Below, piece by piece: positions 28,294-37,511 of a DNA stretch of 64,000 nucleotides. Below the pieces are notes generated by a model. It was not told where the DNA came from. It saw only the letters and a list, made by a program, of their open reading frames with translations, and ran no database searches. The position numbers were made by a program, and so were the translations under genes. Location of the stretch: positions 13,428-77,427 of the forward strand of contig JAUYKI010000006.1 of NCBI GenBank assembly GCA_030700025.1, read 5' to 3'. Positions within the stretch are counted from its first letter, which is position 1; the number at the start of each line of letters is the position of its first letter. The DNA comes from a bacterium (GTDB lineage Bacteria; Patescibacteriota; Minisyncoccia; UBA6257; 02-FULL-45-10c).

Positions 28294-29286
28294 ATGAAAA
28301 TTCAATTGGCTCATAAATTTGAAGACATTATAAGCGTGGAAAATCTATTGGAGGCATGGAGAGAATTTATCCGAGGAAAACGGAGCAAAAAAGACGCCCA
28401 AGAATTTTCTATTAACTTGATAGATAATATTTTCTCGCTTCATTCCGACCTTGCTGATTTTACCTATAAGCACGGCGGTTATCAAGCCTTTAATATAAGC
28501 GACCCTAAGCCGAGGAATATCCATAAGGCCAGCGTCCGAGACCGCCTGCTTCACCATGCTATTTATAGAATTCTTTACCCATTTTTTGATAAAACTTTTA
28601 TTCCTGATTCTTATTCCTGCCGGATAAATAAGGGTACGCATAAAGCCATAAATCGGCTCCGCTCTTTTGCTTACGAAGTCAGCCGGAATAACACTAAAAC
28701 CTGCTGGATATTAAAGATGGATATAAGAAAATTTTTTGCCAATATTGACCACCTTATTTTACAGGATATTTTGAAGCAATACATACCGGATAAAAATATC
28801 TTATGGCTTTTAGATAGAGTGACTGAGAGTTTTTCCTCGCCATACGGCAATAATAAGGGTTTGCCCCTGGGCAATCTAACCTCCCAACTATTGGTGAATA
28901 TCTATATGAATGAATTAGACCAGTTTGTGAAGCATAAATTAGGAATTAGGCATTATATAAGATACGCGGATGATTTTGTGATTTTGCATGAAAATCGGCA
29001 GTATCTTATAAATCTTTTGCCAAAGATGTCAGTATTTTTAGAAACGCGATTAAAGCTTTTGCTCCATCCGTATAAAGTATTTATTAAAACACTTGCCTCT
29101 GGAGTTGATTTTCTTGGCTGGGTGCATTTCCCGCGCCATCGGATATTGCGGACCGTAACTAAACGAAGAATGTTTAAAAAAATAAATCAAAATCCTACAA
29201 ATGAAACCGCGGCTTCATATTGGGGATTACTTAGTCATGGAAATACGCACAAGCTGATTCATAAAATACGAAAGCTACTCTACTAA
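28294..29286 (+). CDS. DGR-type reverse transcriptase
   Basis: KPRNI...VRDRLLHHA, SYSCR..KGTH, DIRKFF, GLPLGNLTSQ, YIRYADDF, VDFLGW; no maturase/endonuclease extension. Confidence 0.95.
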   Translation: MKIQLAHKFEDIISVENLLEAWREFIRGKRSKKDAQEFSINLIDNIFSLHSDLADFTYKHGGYQAFNISDPKPRNIHKASVRDRLLHHAIYRILYPFFDKTFIPDSYSCRINKGTHKAINRLRSFAYEVSRNNTKTCWILKMDIRKFFANIDHLILQDILKQYIPDKNILWLLDRVTESFSSPYGNNKGLPLGNLTSQLLVNIYMNELDQFVKHKLGIRHYIRYADDFVILHENRQYLINLLPKMSVFLETRLKLLLHPYKVFIKTLASGVDFLGWVHFPRHRILRTVTKRRMFKKINQNPTNETAASYWGLLSHGNTHKLIHKIRKLLY

Positions 29287-29345
29287 ACAACCCTTTGTTT
29301 TTCTTGGTAATAAAAATCCCCGACATAGCGTCGGGGAATATTTTT

Positions 29346-32267
29346 TTAATTTTTCAATTCTGGCGAGAAGCCGCGGCGGGTTAGGTTTTCCGTAACACAG
29401 CGCGCTTCCAAGAGTTGCAGGAGATAATCAGGTCCACCGGCTTTTGGTCCGGTGCCGGAAGCGGCAAATCCGCCGAATGGCTGGCGTCCCACAACCGCGC
29501 CGGTAATCGGGCGATTGATGTACAGGTTGCCGACTGCGAATTGTTTTCTTGCCAGCGCTAAGTGCTCATCGGTTCGGGAATAAATTCCGCCGGTAAGCTT
29601 ATAACGCGTTCCATTGGCAATCTTCAAAGCTTCTTCTAAAGTCTGGGCTTTGATTACCGCCAGCACGGGCCCGAAAATTTCTTCTTGGGCGATCGTGTCA
29701 TCGGGTTTAACATTCGTAAAGATTGTCGGCCCGATAAACCATCCCTGTCCGTTCAGATCGGTAACGTCGGTTTGATAAGCGAATCTTGCTTCCGCTCTGC
29801 CAATTTCAATGTAGTGTCGGATGTCTTGAAATGCTTTCTGGTCAATGACTGCTCCCACGTCAGTCGAGGGATCGCAAGGATCACCGACTTTAAGCGTTGC
29901 CGTAGCGCCGATTAAGCGCCGGACAAATTCGTCATAAACCGATTCCAATACGATTACTCTTGAACAAGCAGAACACTTTTGACCTTGATAGCCGAAAGCG
30001 GATCGGACAACGCCGGAAACGGCTTGGTCCAGATCGGCCGAGTTATCAATAATCACCGCGTTTTTTCCGCCCATTTCCGCGATTACTCTCCGGCAATGGG
30101 TTTGCTGTTCCAATCCGGCATCGCCAGCCCATTTGATAAGCTGGAATCCGATTTGGCGCGATCCGGTGAAAAGCACATTTACAGTTGCTGGATGTTTAAC
30201 CAAATATTCTCCTAAGACTTTTCCGGAACCGGGCAGGAAGTTGATGGCTCCGCCGGGCAAGCCGGCATCCATCAATATCCGGACTAATTGGAATCCGGTC
30301 ATAGCGGTTGCGCTTGCCGGTTTGAAAACTACCGTGTTGCCGGCAGCTAATGCCGCGGCGCACATTCCAGTGGCAATTGCCAGGGGGAAATTCCAGGGAG
30401 CGATTACTACCGCCACGCCCCGGCCTTCGTATCCGTACTCGTTGGCTTCGCCAGCCAATTTTTCGGTTGAGCCGTAACGCGACAGGTAAACCGCCATTCT
30501 GGCGTAATACTCCAGGAAATCAATGGCTTCCGCGATATCCGCGTCAGCTTCTTTCCAGGTTTTGGACGCTTCCAAAACTTCCAGAGCTGCCAACCGGAAG
30601 CGCTCTTCGCGCATTCTAGCCGCCGCCTTAATCAAGATGGCTGCTCTTTTTTCCGCTGAAGTTTGGCTCCAGGCAGAGAAAGATTCTTGGGCGGCATTCA
30701 TTGCAAATCCGGCATGTTCCAGGGTCGCCTGGGAAATCCGGCCGAGAATTTGTTGTTGATTAATTCGGGATGGATTTTCCGGAGCAACGAATTTTTTAGT
30801 GGAAACCGCGACGCCGTTAATAATCAGCGGGAAATTTTTATCAAATTCCGTTTCCGCCAAATTGACGGCATTGGTCATTGCTACGCGATTCGGTATTTTG
30901 GAAAAATCGGTCAGCGGTTCTGGCTGGAAATTTTCCGGGACTAACAGTCGCTGTGGGGCGTTAACCGGTTGGTTAGCCATGGCCGCCTCCTTTCTGGGCT
31001 GGGTTTTGGCAAGAAAATTCATTCCCAAAAACGATTGTTGGCTGGTGTTTTCCAGCAACCGGCGCACCAAGTAGGCCATGCTGGGAATTAAATCCCCGTA
31101 AGGCGTATAGACCCGGACTTTGTAGCCGGCTCCGCGAATCGCTTCACGAACCGCGTCGCCCATTCCATAAAGAACCTGAAATTCGTTTTCGTTTTGGCCG
31201 ATGCCTAATGTTTTCATCGTGTCCATTACGTAAGCAATGCTGTTCAGATTGTGGCTGGCGCAAGCCAGCGTAACTGGAGTTCCGGATTTTTGAGCGATTA
31301 AAATTCGTTTGCAGAGAAGTTCAAACTGCCGGTCGGTCAAAGTTTTGTCGGTGAGAACTGGATTCGGCCAATGTTGGATTTCCGCATTGATGGTTTCAAA
31401 ATCCCAGTAAGCGCCTTTTACGACGCGAATGGTAACCGGACAATGATGTTCTCTGATCCAAATCAGAAAATCGGTTAAGGTTTTTTCCGCGTCCCGAAGA
31501 TAGGCCTGAAGAACAATTCCGGCATTTTTAATATCGGGATTGTATCTCAGCGTTTGTTTGAAAATGGCCATCGTTAAATCGCGGACGCCATACTGTTCTA
31601 TGTCTATATTGATGGCAACGTTATTTTCTTTTCCGGCGTGGAATAGCTTGGCTAATTGCCGGCTAACCGCGTCAACGCATCCGCTAAAATCCACGACGTC
31701 CCATTGTTGTTTGGGAATCAGCGCGGAAAGCTTAACAGAAACATTATGCGAGAATTCCGCGGGCGCCGGCTTTTGGCCCAGGCGTTCAATCAAGCGGAGA
31801 TAGGCATTCAAGAAATTATTCGCTTCGTCTTGGGTAAGAGATTCTTCGCCTAAAATATCCCAGGTAATATCGTGGCCTTGAGCGTTCAATCGCGCGCCAG
31901 TTTGTTCCAGCCGGCGGGGATCAACGCTGTCAATAATGTAATGCCGGGCAAAAAGCTTTATAGACCAGCGGATTATTAACGCCGTCAGATGGATTGCCAG
32001 CGGATGTTCGCCGATTAGCAATGCCATTCGGGCGATCCAGGGTAGGCTTTGTTTATGCGGACGGATATAAGAAAAGAAATGTCCGGCAATATCGCGATCA
32101 GTTTTTAAAATTGGAAAAACATCCACATAGCGGAAAAGCTGGGTCCGCAGGCCGTCGTTAGCCATGCAAATCGCCAGCAGTTTTTCTAAAAGCCGGTTTT
32201 GCCAGTTTCTTTTTGCCCAAATTTGCTCCACTCGGCCAATCAATGCTTCACCGGTAGGTGAGTTCAT
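29346..32267 (-). CDS. putA: Bifunctional proline dehydrogenase / P5C dehydrogenase (no RHH domain)
   Basis: DILGE, SVKLS, RVVKGAYWD, ASHN, FQVLYGM, AYLVRRLLENT; ALDH EMGGKN, GQKCSACS, EEIFGP, GPKAGGPDYL. Confidence 0.95.
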   Translation of the reverse strand: MNSPTGEALIGRVEQIWAKRNWQNRLLEKLLAICMANDGLRTQLFRYVDVFPILKTDRDIAGHFFSYIRPHKQSLPWIARMALLIGEHPLAIHLTALIIRWSIKLFARHYIIDSVDPRRLEQTGARLNAQGHDITWDILGEESLTQDEANNFLNAYLRLIERLGQKPAPAEFSHNVSVKLSALIPKQQWDVVDFSGCVDAVSRQLAKLFHAGKENNVAINIDIEQYGVRDLTMAIFKQTLRYNPDIKNAGIVLQAYLRDAEKTLTDFLIWIREHHCPVTIRVVKGAYWDFETINAEIQHWPNPVLTDKTLTDRQFELLCKRILIAQKSGTPVTLACASHNLNSIAYVMDTMKTLGIGQNENEFQVLYGMGDAVREAIRGAGYKVRVYTPYGDLIPSMAYLVRRLLENTSQQSFLGMNFLAKTQPRKEAAMANQPVNAPQRLLVPENFQPEPLTDFSKIPNRVAMTNAVNLAETEFDKNFPLIINGVAVSTKKFVAPENPSRINQQQILGRISQATLEHAGFAMNAAQESFSAWSQTSAEKRAAILIKAAARMREERFRLAALEVLEASKTWKEADADIAEAIDFLEYYARMAVYLSRYGSTEKLAGEANEYGYEGRGVAVVIAPWNFPLAIATGMCAAALAAGNTVVFKPASATAMTGFQLVRILMDAGLPGGAINFLPGSGKVLGEYLVKHPATVNVLFTGSRQIGFQLIKWAGDAGLEQQTHCRRVIAEMGGKNAVIIDNSADLDQAVSGVVRSAFGYQGQKCSACSRVIVLESVYDEFVRRLIGATATLKVGDPCDPSTDVGAVIDQKAFQDIRHYIEIGRAEARFAYQTDVTDLNGQGWFIGPTIFTNVKPDDTIAQEEIFGPVLAVIKAQTLEEALKIANGTRYKLTGGIYSRTDEHLALARKQFAVGNLYINRPITGAVVGRQPFGGFAASGTGPKAGGPDYLLQLLEARCVTENLTRRGFSPELKN

Positions 32268-32352
32268 TTCAATCTCCTTTTGTGGCTCTCGTATGTGAAG
32301 AACTGCCTATATATTACTAAAATTAGGCGTTTTAGTCAAAGGCGAAATTGAA

Positions 32353-32928
32353 TTAAAGTCTCTTTTTAGCGCGGCGGGAGATTAGTTTCCAGGCAATGAT
32401 AAAAATAGCTAAGCTGGCAAACAATGTTATCTCCGCGAACCGGACATATTTTTTAATCAGTATAAAAGAAAATCCGGCAAAATAACCGATACTACCGATA
32501 ATTAACATCCATAAAATCAGGGAAAGAAGGTAGTTTTTGATAACGCTTTGAATGGGGATATTAAGCATGCCGGCGCGGACCAAGATAATTTTATTGAATC
32601 CATAAGTAAATTTAGAAATAAAAATAGTATAGGCCGGGCTTTGTTTGAGATGCTCATCAAATGGTTCGGATACGCTCGTTACCCAGCGTTTTAAAAATGC
32701 CGGCAAAAAATTCGGGTGAGCGCCGGCCCAGAACCATAAATAATCTCCCAAGAGAACCCCAGTGATTACCGTGAAAATTATGTCTCCTGAGTCAAAAAGC
32801 CCCTGCTTGGTTAAGAAGGCAGTGGTAAAAAGAACTATATCTCCTTCCAGAATCATTCCGAGGAAGACTATGATGTAGCTAATCGGGCCCAGGGCGGTTA
32901 AGGAAGTGAATAATAAGGAGGCGGTCAT
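32353..32928 (-). CDS. DedA/VTT-family membrane protein
   Basis: GMILEGD, GVLLGDYLWFWAG, FISKF. Confidence 0.85.
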   Translation of the reverse strand: MTASLLFTSLTALGPISYIIVFLGMILEGDIVLFTTAFLTKQGLFDSGDIIFTVITGVLLGDYLWFWAGAHPNFLPAFLKRWVTSVSEPFDEHLKQSPAYTIFISKFTYGFNKIILVRAGMLNIPIQSVIKNYLLSLILWMLIIGSIGYFAGFSFILIKKYVRFAEITLFASLAIFIIAWKLISRRAKKRL

Positions 32929-33008
32929 AATTTTGGATATCTCACCATTTTAGCATTTTGAGGTAAAACAAAAAATCTCCCCCTTCAATAAACTCGGGAC
33001 GAATTTTT

Positions 33009-33151
33009 ACCCCCACGCCATAACAGGTTTTGTAATAGCTTAATTCAAGTTTAATACACCAAACTGGTTCTTAGAGTTTATTTTAGTTAGTGCAAAAAAT
33101 AAGTCCTCCGACTGTAGTCGGAGGACTTAGAAACCTGTTTGGTGTGGGGGT
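33009..33151. mobile_element. TIR-bounded palindromic unit with internal hairpin
   Basis: acccccacgcca-t-aacaggttt ... aaacctgtt-tggtgtgggggt; contains gtcctccgac-tgta-gtcggaggac. Confidence 0.6.
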
Positions 33152-33154
33152 TTA

Positions 33155-33403
33155 TTATTCTTGCTCCTCTTCTTTTAACCGCCGTTCGCGGGAATCAGCC
33201 GCGGTTTGAAGCTCTTGGCGCTGTTGGGCCAGTAATTCTTCGCGCTGAACCCGCAATCTTTCGGCTTCAGTGGCGTTTTGCTGTTTGCGCGCTTCAGTAA
33301 TTTGTTCCTCTAATTCGGCGATTTGCTGGGCGAGATTTTTCTCTCGCTCTTGTTTTTCTTTATAGGGTTCGCCGCCCCCGATATGATGTCTTAAGTTTTC
33401 CAT
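33155..33403 (-). CDS. Small coiled-coil hypothetical protein
   Basis: E/Q/R-rich helix; probable ATG at 33403 just after a TATACT -10. Confidence 0.55.
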   Translation of the reverse strand: MENLRHHIGGGEPYKEKQEREKNLAQQIAELEEQITEARKQQNATEAERLRVQREELLAQQRQELQTAADSRERRLKEEEQE

Positions 33404-33467
33404 ATTAGCAGTATAGCAAAAATTTCTCTTATTGTCAAATGGAGAATTGTGTGGCATTATATCGCAT

Positions 33468-34646
33468 ATGAACGTGAGGAAGAGAAGGGTTTTCGTAGCT
33501 ATGAGTGGCGGAGTGGACAGCTCGGTCGCGGCAGCGCTTCTTAAAGAGCGCGGTTTTGAGGTAGTAGGAGCGCATATGAAATGTTGGAGCCAGGGCGGCC
33601 CTTCGACGGGGCTCAGGGCAGAATCCTGTTCCGCGGAACAGGATTCTGAAGATGCTCGCCGGGCAGCCGAAGTTTTAGGCGTTCCTTTTTATGTTTTTGA
33701 TTTTGAAAAAGAATATAAAGAGAGGGTAGTGAAGTATATGGTGGACGGCTATAAAGAGGGGATTACGCCGAATCCGGATGTAATGTGCAATAAGGAAATA
33801 AAATTCGGGCTTTTTTTAGAAAAGGCATTGGAATTAGGAGCGGATTACGTGGCGACTGGGCACTATGTGCGCCTACGGCGAAAATCCCAAATCACAAATT
33901 ACAAATCACAAACAAATTCAAAATCCAAAAATTCGAATCAAAAAAGTTTGGAATTTGGTGCTTGTGTTTTGGAAATTGCGAAGGATGAGCTTAAGGATCA
34001 AAGTTATTTTCTTTGGACTTTGACACAAAAGCAATTAAAACATTGCTTATTCCCGATAGGGGAATATAAAAAGCCCGAAGTGAGGAAGCTGGCGAAAAAG
34101 TTCGGTTTGCCGAACGCGGAGAAAAAAGATTCGCAGGGAGTATGTTTTTTGGGCCAGATTTCTTTAAAAGATTTCCTCGGTAATTATTTGCCTCAGAAAA
34201 AAGGAATAGTTTTAAATACCGCCGGCCAGATTGTGGGCGAGCATGACGGCGCGCATTTTTATACTATCGGCCAGCGCGGGGGGCTGGGTATTGGCTTGAA
34301 TAAGCCCCACTATATTGCGGAAAAGGATGTTAAAGAAAACGCCATTTTAGTGGCTGAAGAAAATGACCCGGTTTTATTTCAGAAAGAAATTGAATTAGTT
34401 AATTTAAATTTTATCATCCCAATCATCTCCCTTATTCGTGAGAATGGTGGAATGAAGGTTTTGGCGCGCGTTAGATATCGACAACCATTAACCGAAGCCT
34501 TGCTTCGGCAAATCATAAATCCCAAATCCCAAATCCCAAATTATAAGTTGGTGTTTAAAAAGCCGCAAAAATTTGTCGCTTCCGGCCAATCCGCCGTTTT
34601 CTATGATAAAAAAGGCGTCATGCTAGGCGGCGGAGTCATAGTTTAA
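33468..34646 (+). CDS. mnmA: tRNA 2-thiouridylase MnmA with several in-frame insertions
   Basis: AMSGGVDSS, TPNPDVMCN..IKFG, ATGHY, KDQSYFL, DSQGVCF, YTIGQR, ASGQSAVFY. Confidence 0.96.
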   Translation: MNVRKRRVFVAMSGGVDSSVAAALLKERGFEVVGAHMKCWSQGGPSTGLRAESCSAEQDSEDARRAAEVLGVPFYVFDFEKEYKERVVKYMVDGYKEGITPNPDVMCNKEIKFGLFLEKALELGADYVATGHYVRLRRKSQITNYKSQTNSKSKNSNQKSLEFGACVLEIAKDELKDQSYFLWTLTQKQLKHCLFPIGEYKKPEVRKLAKKFGLPNAEKKDSQGVCFLGQISLKDFLGNYLPQKKGIVLNTAGQIVGEHDGAHFYTIGQRGGLGIGLNKPHYIAEKDVKENAILVAEENDPVLFQKEIELVNLNFIIPIISLIRENGGMKVLARVRYRQPLTEALLRQIINPKSQIPNYKLVFKKPQKFVASGQSAVFYDKKGVMLGGGVIV

Positions 34647-34702
34647 GATTGTAAATCACTTTTGCGTTTTAAAATCTAAAATCGAGGCAATATCTCTTTA
34701 AA

Positions 34703-34792
34703 GGAACATCCCGCAGGCGTATTTTGCTTGGACCACAAAATACGCCGAGGGCGAAGAAAGTTTTGCCGCTGGAGCAAAACTATTCTGTTTCC
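34703..34792 (+). repeat. 90-nt structured repeat, family A, copy 5
   Basis: Stem-2 variant agttttgc-cgctgga-gcaaaact. Confidence 0.95.
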
Positions 34793-34849
34793 GAAAAGAG
34801 ATGTAGCCGAGATCCTTGACAAAGTTCGGGTATCTGTTATACTACCCCA

Positions 34850-35182
34850 TAGTACATTAGCAGTGAGCAATCTTCGGGGTTCCGCCTGCCAGCGGAGCCT
34901 ATACAAATCCTGACGGGGTTTAGCAAGTAGTAAAGCTACAAAGCGCGTGGCGCTTTACTCGTCAGGCAGGCGCGACACCTTACGTTTTTTGGTGTCGTGG
35001 GGCGCTTCGGTGAAAATCGAAGTCCTGGTCAGCGCAGCCAGTCGCCGAATGAGATCTCTCCCGATGCAGGTCGGAAAGTATGATCCTCGGCGCGGCGCAG
35101 AGCGGCAAAGTCCCCGAACGCCTTCCTATCGGAAGGTATGGAAGCCCACCAGCCCCGACTTAATTGTCGGGGCCATTTTTTT
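34850..35182 (+). ncRNA. Candidate large structured ncRNA of unassigned class
   Basis: TTGACA-16-TATACT at 34816-34843, GC-rich multi-stem region, terminator 35152-35182, no credible ORF. Confidence 0.6.
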
Positions 35183-35230
35183 ATTCGCCTCGCTTTAGTA
35201 AAGGCGGATTTTTTATTACAATAGGCAGAT

Positions 35231-36637
35231 ATGCCATTACATAATTTAGCTTTCTGGTTTTGCGCGTTTTTTCTTGCGGGCATATTTTTGATCAGTATTT
35301 TTAATAATTTTCTCATCGCCTTAGTTATTAGTTTGTTAGTTGTAAGCTATTTGGTCTTTTTGCGGAAATATATTTTTGCCTTGCTGGCGTTAGCGATGAT
35401 TTTAGGCGCCGGTTATTATCAAATTTTCGGAGTAGTTCAAAAATCGCAAACACTGATTCGTTTTGATGAAAAAATAGAGTTTCAAGGCATTGTAAAAGAC
35501 GCGCAAAAATCTGCCACTAGCCAGCAATTAATTTTGGATTTAGAACTGCCTCTGAACGGGAAAGTCCGCATAAATGCCCAGCGTTACCCGGATTTTAATT
35601 ATGGGGATTTAGTAAATGTTACGGGGGTGATTAAAAATCCGCCAGCGCGATCGGAAAATTATTATAAAAAAGAAGGCATTAGCGGGATAGTAAGTTTTCC
35701 GGAAATCCGATTATTGGAAACCGGCCGCGGCAATCCGGCGCTGGCGGCGCTTTTTAGTTTTAAAGAAAGTATAGAAAATGTTTTTCGGAAAATTTTACCG
35801 CAGGAAAAAGCCGCGTTTTTATCCGGCATTACTTTGGGCGAACGGGAAAGTTTTTCTAAGGAACTGGAAGAGAAGATGTCTTTAAGCGGAACCACTCATT
35901 TAGTGGCGCTTTCCGGCTATAATATCACGGTTATTGCTCTGGCAATTGGCTGGTTATTTGGCTCATTTTTGGCCCGTAGAGCCTCGTTCTACCTAAGCGT
36001 GGCGGTTATTGTTCTATTCGTCTTAATGGCCGGGGCAGAGGCGTCGGTAGTGCGGGCGGCGATTATGGGTATTATCGCGCTGGTAGCCCAGCATACCGAG
36101 CGGGCGCATAGCGTCCGAAACGCCATTATTATCGCGGCCTTTTTGATGGTCTTGGCGAATCCGCGGGTGCTGGTTTTTGATCTGGGCTTTCAGCTTTCTT
36201 TTGCCGCGCTTTTAGGAATTATTTATATTTCGCCGGTGTTAAAAAAGGTTCTGAAAATTCAAAACCAAGGATTCCTAAATTGGCGGGAGAACCTAGTTAC
36301 GACGCTTTCTGCCCAGTTAGCGGTTGTGCCTTTCTTGCTGGGTAATTTCGGAGCGTTTTCCCTGACCTCATTTTTAGCGAATATCTTGGTTTTGGAAGCG
36401 GTGCCGGTTACTATGGGCTTGGGATTTCTGGCGGGCGGATTAGGATTGATGACGGATTTTTTGGCAAAAATAATCGGCTGGCTGTTGAATATATTAATCG
36501 GCTATGAATTTTGGGTTATTAATATATTTTCCAAAATAACTTTGCCGATAGCCGTAGAATCATTTGGCTTTTTGCCCGCTATAATCTACTATGTGTTATT
36601 AGTTGGACTCATCTACAAACTTCATAAGTTAAGTTAA
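35231..36637 (+). CDS. comEC: ComEC/Rec2 competence protein (DUF4131 + Competence domain)
   Basis: SGTTHLVALSGYN, SVVRAAIM, GFQLSFAA. Confidence 0.93.
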   Translation: MPLHNLAFWFCAFFLAGIFLISIFNNFLIALVISLLVVSYLVFLRKYIFALLALAMILGAGYYQIFGVVQKSQTLIRFDEKIEFQGIVKDAQKSATSQQLILDLELPLNGKVRINAQRYPDFNYGDLVNVTGVIKNPPARSENYYKKEGISGIVSFPEIRLLETGRGNPALAALFSFKESIENVFRKILPQEKAAFLSGITLGERESFSKELEEKMSLSGTTHLVALSGYNITVIALAIGWLFGSFLARRASFYLSVAVIVLFVLMAGAEASVVRAAIMGIIALVAQHTERAHSVRNAIIIAAFLMVLANPRVLVFDLGFQLSFAALLGIIYISPVLKKVLKIQNQGFLNWRENLVTTLSAQLAVVPFLLGNFGAFSLTSFLANILVLEAVPVTMGLGFLAGGLGLMTDFLAKIIGWLLNILIGYEFWVINIFSKITLPIAVESFGFLPAIIYYVLLVGLIYKLHKLS

Positions 36638-36642
36638 GTTTT

Positions 36643-37494
36643 ATGGGGAAACACTTTCAAATTATTTTAGGATGCGCGGTGGCGATTGATTTATTAGTCT
36701 GGTCTTTTATTTTGTTTCCAGCGGAAGCGAAGAATTCAGAGCTTTATTTTTTGCCGGTCGGGCAAGGGGATAGTTCGCTGGTTAATTTAGCTGGCGGCGC
36801 TCAGTTATTGATTGACGGCGGGCCGATAAACGGCAAGGCGCAGGCTAATTTGGAAAAGATTTTAGGCATCAATGACCGCTATGTGGACTTAGTTATGATT
36901 TCCCACCCGCAATTAGACCATTACGGCGGATTGATTGAGGTTTTGAAAAATTACGAAGTGGGCGCGGTTTTAACGGATGGCCAGACTGCCGAAAGCGCGG
37001 CCTGGCAGGAATTGGAAAAAGTTATCCGGGATAAGAAAATACCCCAAATTACTCTCTCAACGGGGGATAAAATTAAGTATGGCGATTCGGTTTTGGATAT
37101 TTTAAGCCCTCAAAAAGGCGAGTGGGCAAAAGACGTTAATGATTTGAGCCTAGTGGGGATTTTAGAGGTTAACGGCATTAAATTTCTTTTTGGCGGAGAT
37201 ATGAGCGCCGATAAGGAAAAGCAGCTGGCCGATTTGTATGATGTGAATGCGGATATTTTAAAAGTCAGCCACCATGGGTCAAAGTATTCTTCCAATTCCG
37301 ACTTTCTCAAAGAAGTTAGTCCGGCAGTTTCGGTAATTGAGGTAGGGAAAAACAGCTATGGCCACCCGACCAAAGAGGCGCTGGGCCGGTTGGCCAATTT
37401 CAGCTCCCAAAGTTACCGGACTGATTTAAATGGATTGGTAAAAATTATTCTTGAAAACGGAAAATTAAAAGTTTATACTGAAACCAGTTCTTGA
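36643..37494 (+). CDS. ComEC-type metallo-beta-lactamase fold nuclease (split C-terminal domain)
   Basis: VGQGDS, IDGG, SHPQLDHYGG, LKVSHHGS, NSYGHP, RTDLNG. Confidence 0.92.
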   Translation: MGKHFQIILGCAVAIDLLVWSFILFPAEAKNSELYFLPVGQGDSSLVNLAGGAQLLIDGGPINGKAQANLEKILGINDRYVDLVMISHPQLDHYGGLIEVLKNYEVGAVLTDGQTAESAAWQELEKVIRDKKIPQITLSTGDKIKYGDSVLDILSPQKGEWAKDVNDLSLVGILEVNGIKFLFGGDMSADKEKQLADLYDVNADILKVSHHGSKYSSNSDFLKEVSPAVSVIEVGKNSYGHPTKEALGRLANFSSQSYRTDLNGLVKIILENGKLKVYTETSS

Positions 37495-37511
37495 AAAGGA
37501 GGTAAAAACCA

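Noticed and set aside
28294-29286. RT as group II intron, retron or CRISPR-associated RT
   Set aside because: Short RT with GNLTSQ motif, adjacent TR/VR pair and avd; no domain V, maturase extension or cas genes.
34850-35182. tmRNA, RNase P or group I intron assignment, and ORFs 34947/35029
   Set aside because: Diagnostic elements are missing (G3-U70 acceptor and T-loop, GAGGAAAGUCC, a clear P7); the ORFs lack start signals and any recognisable motif.
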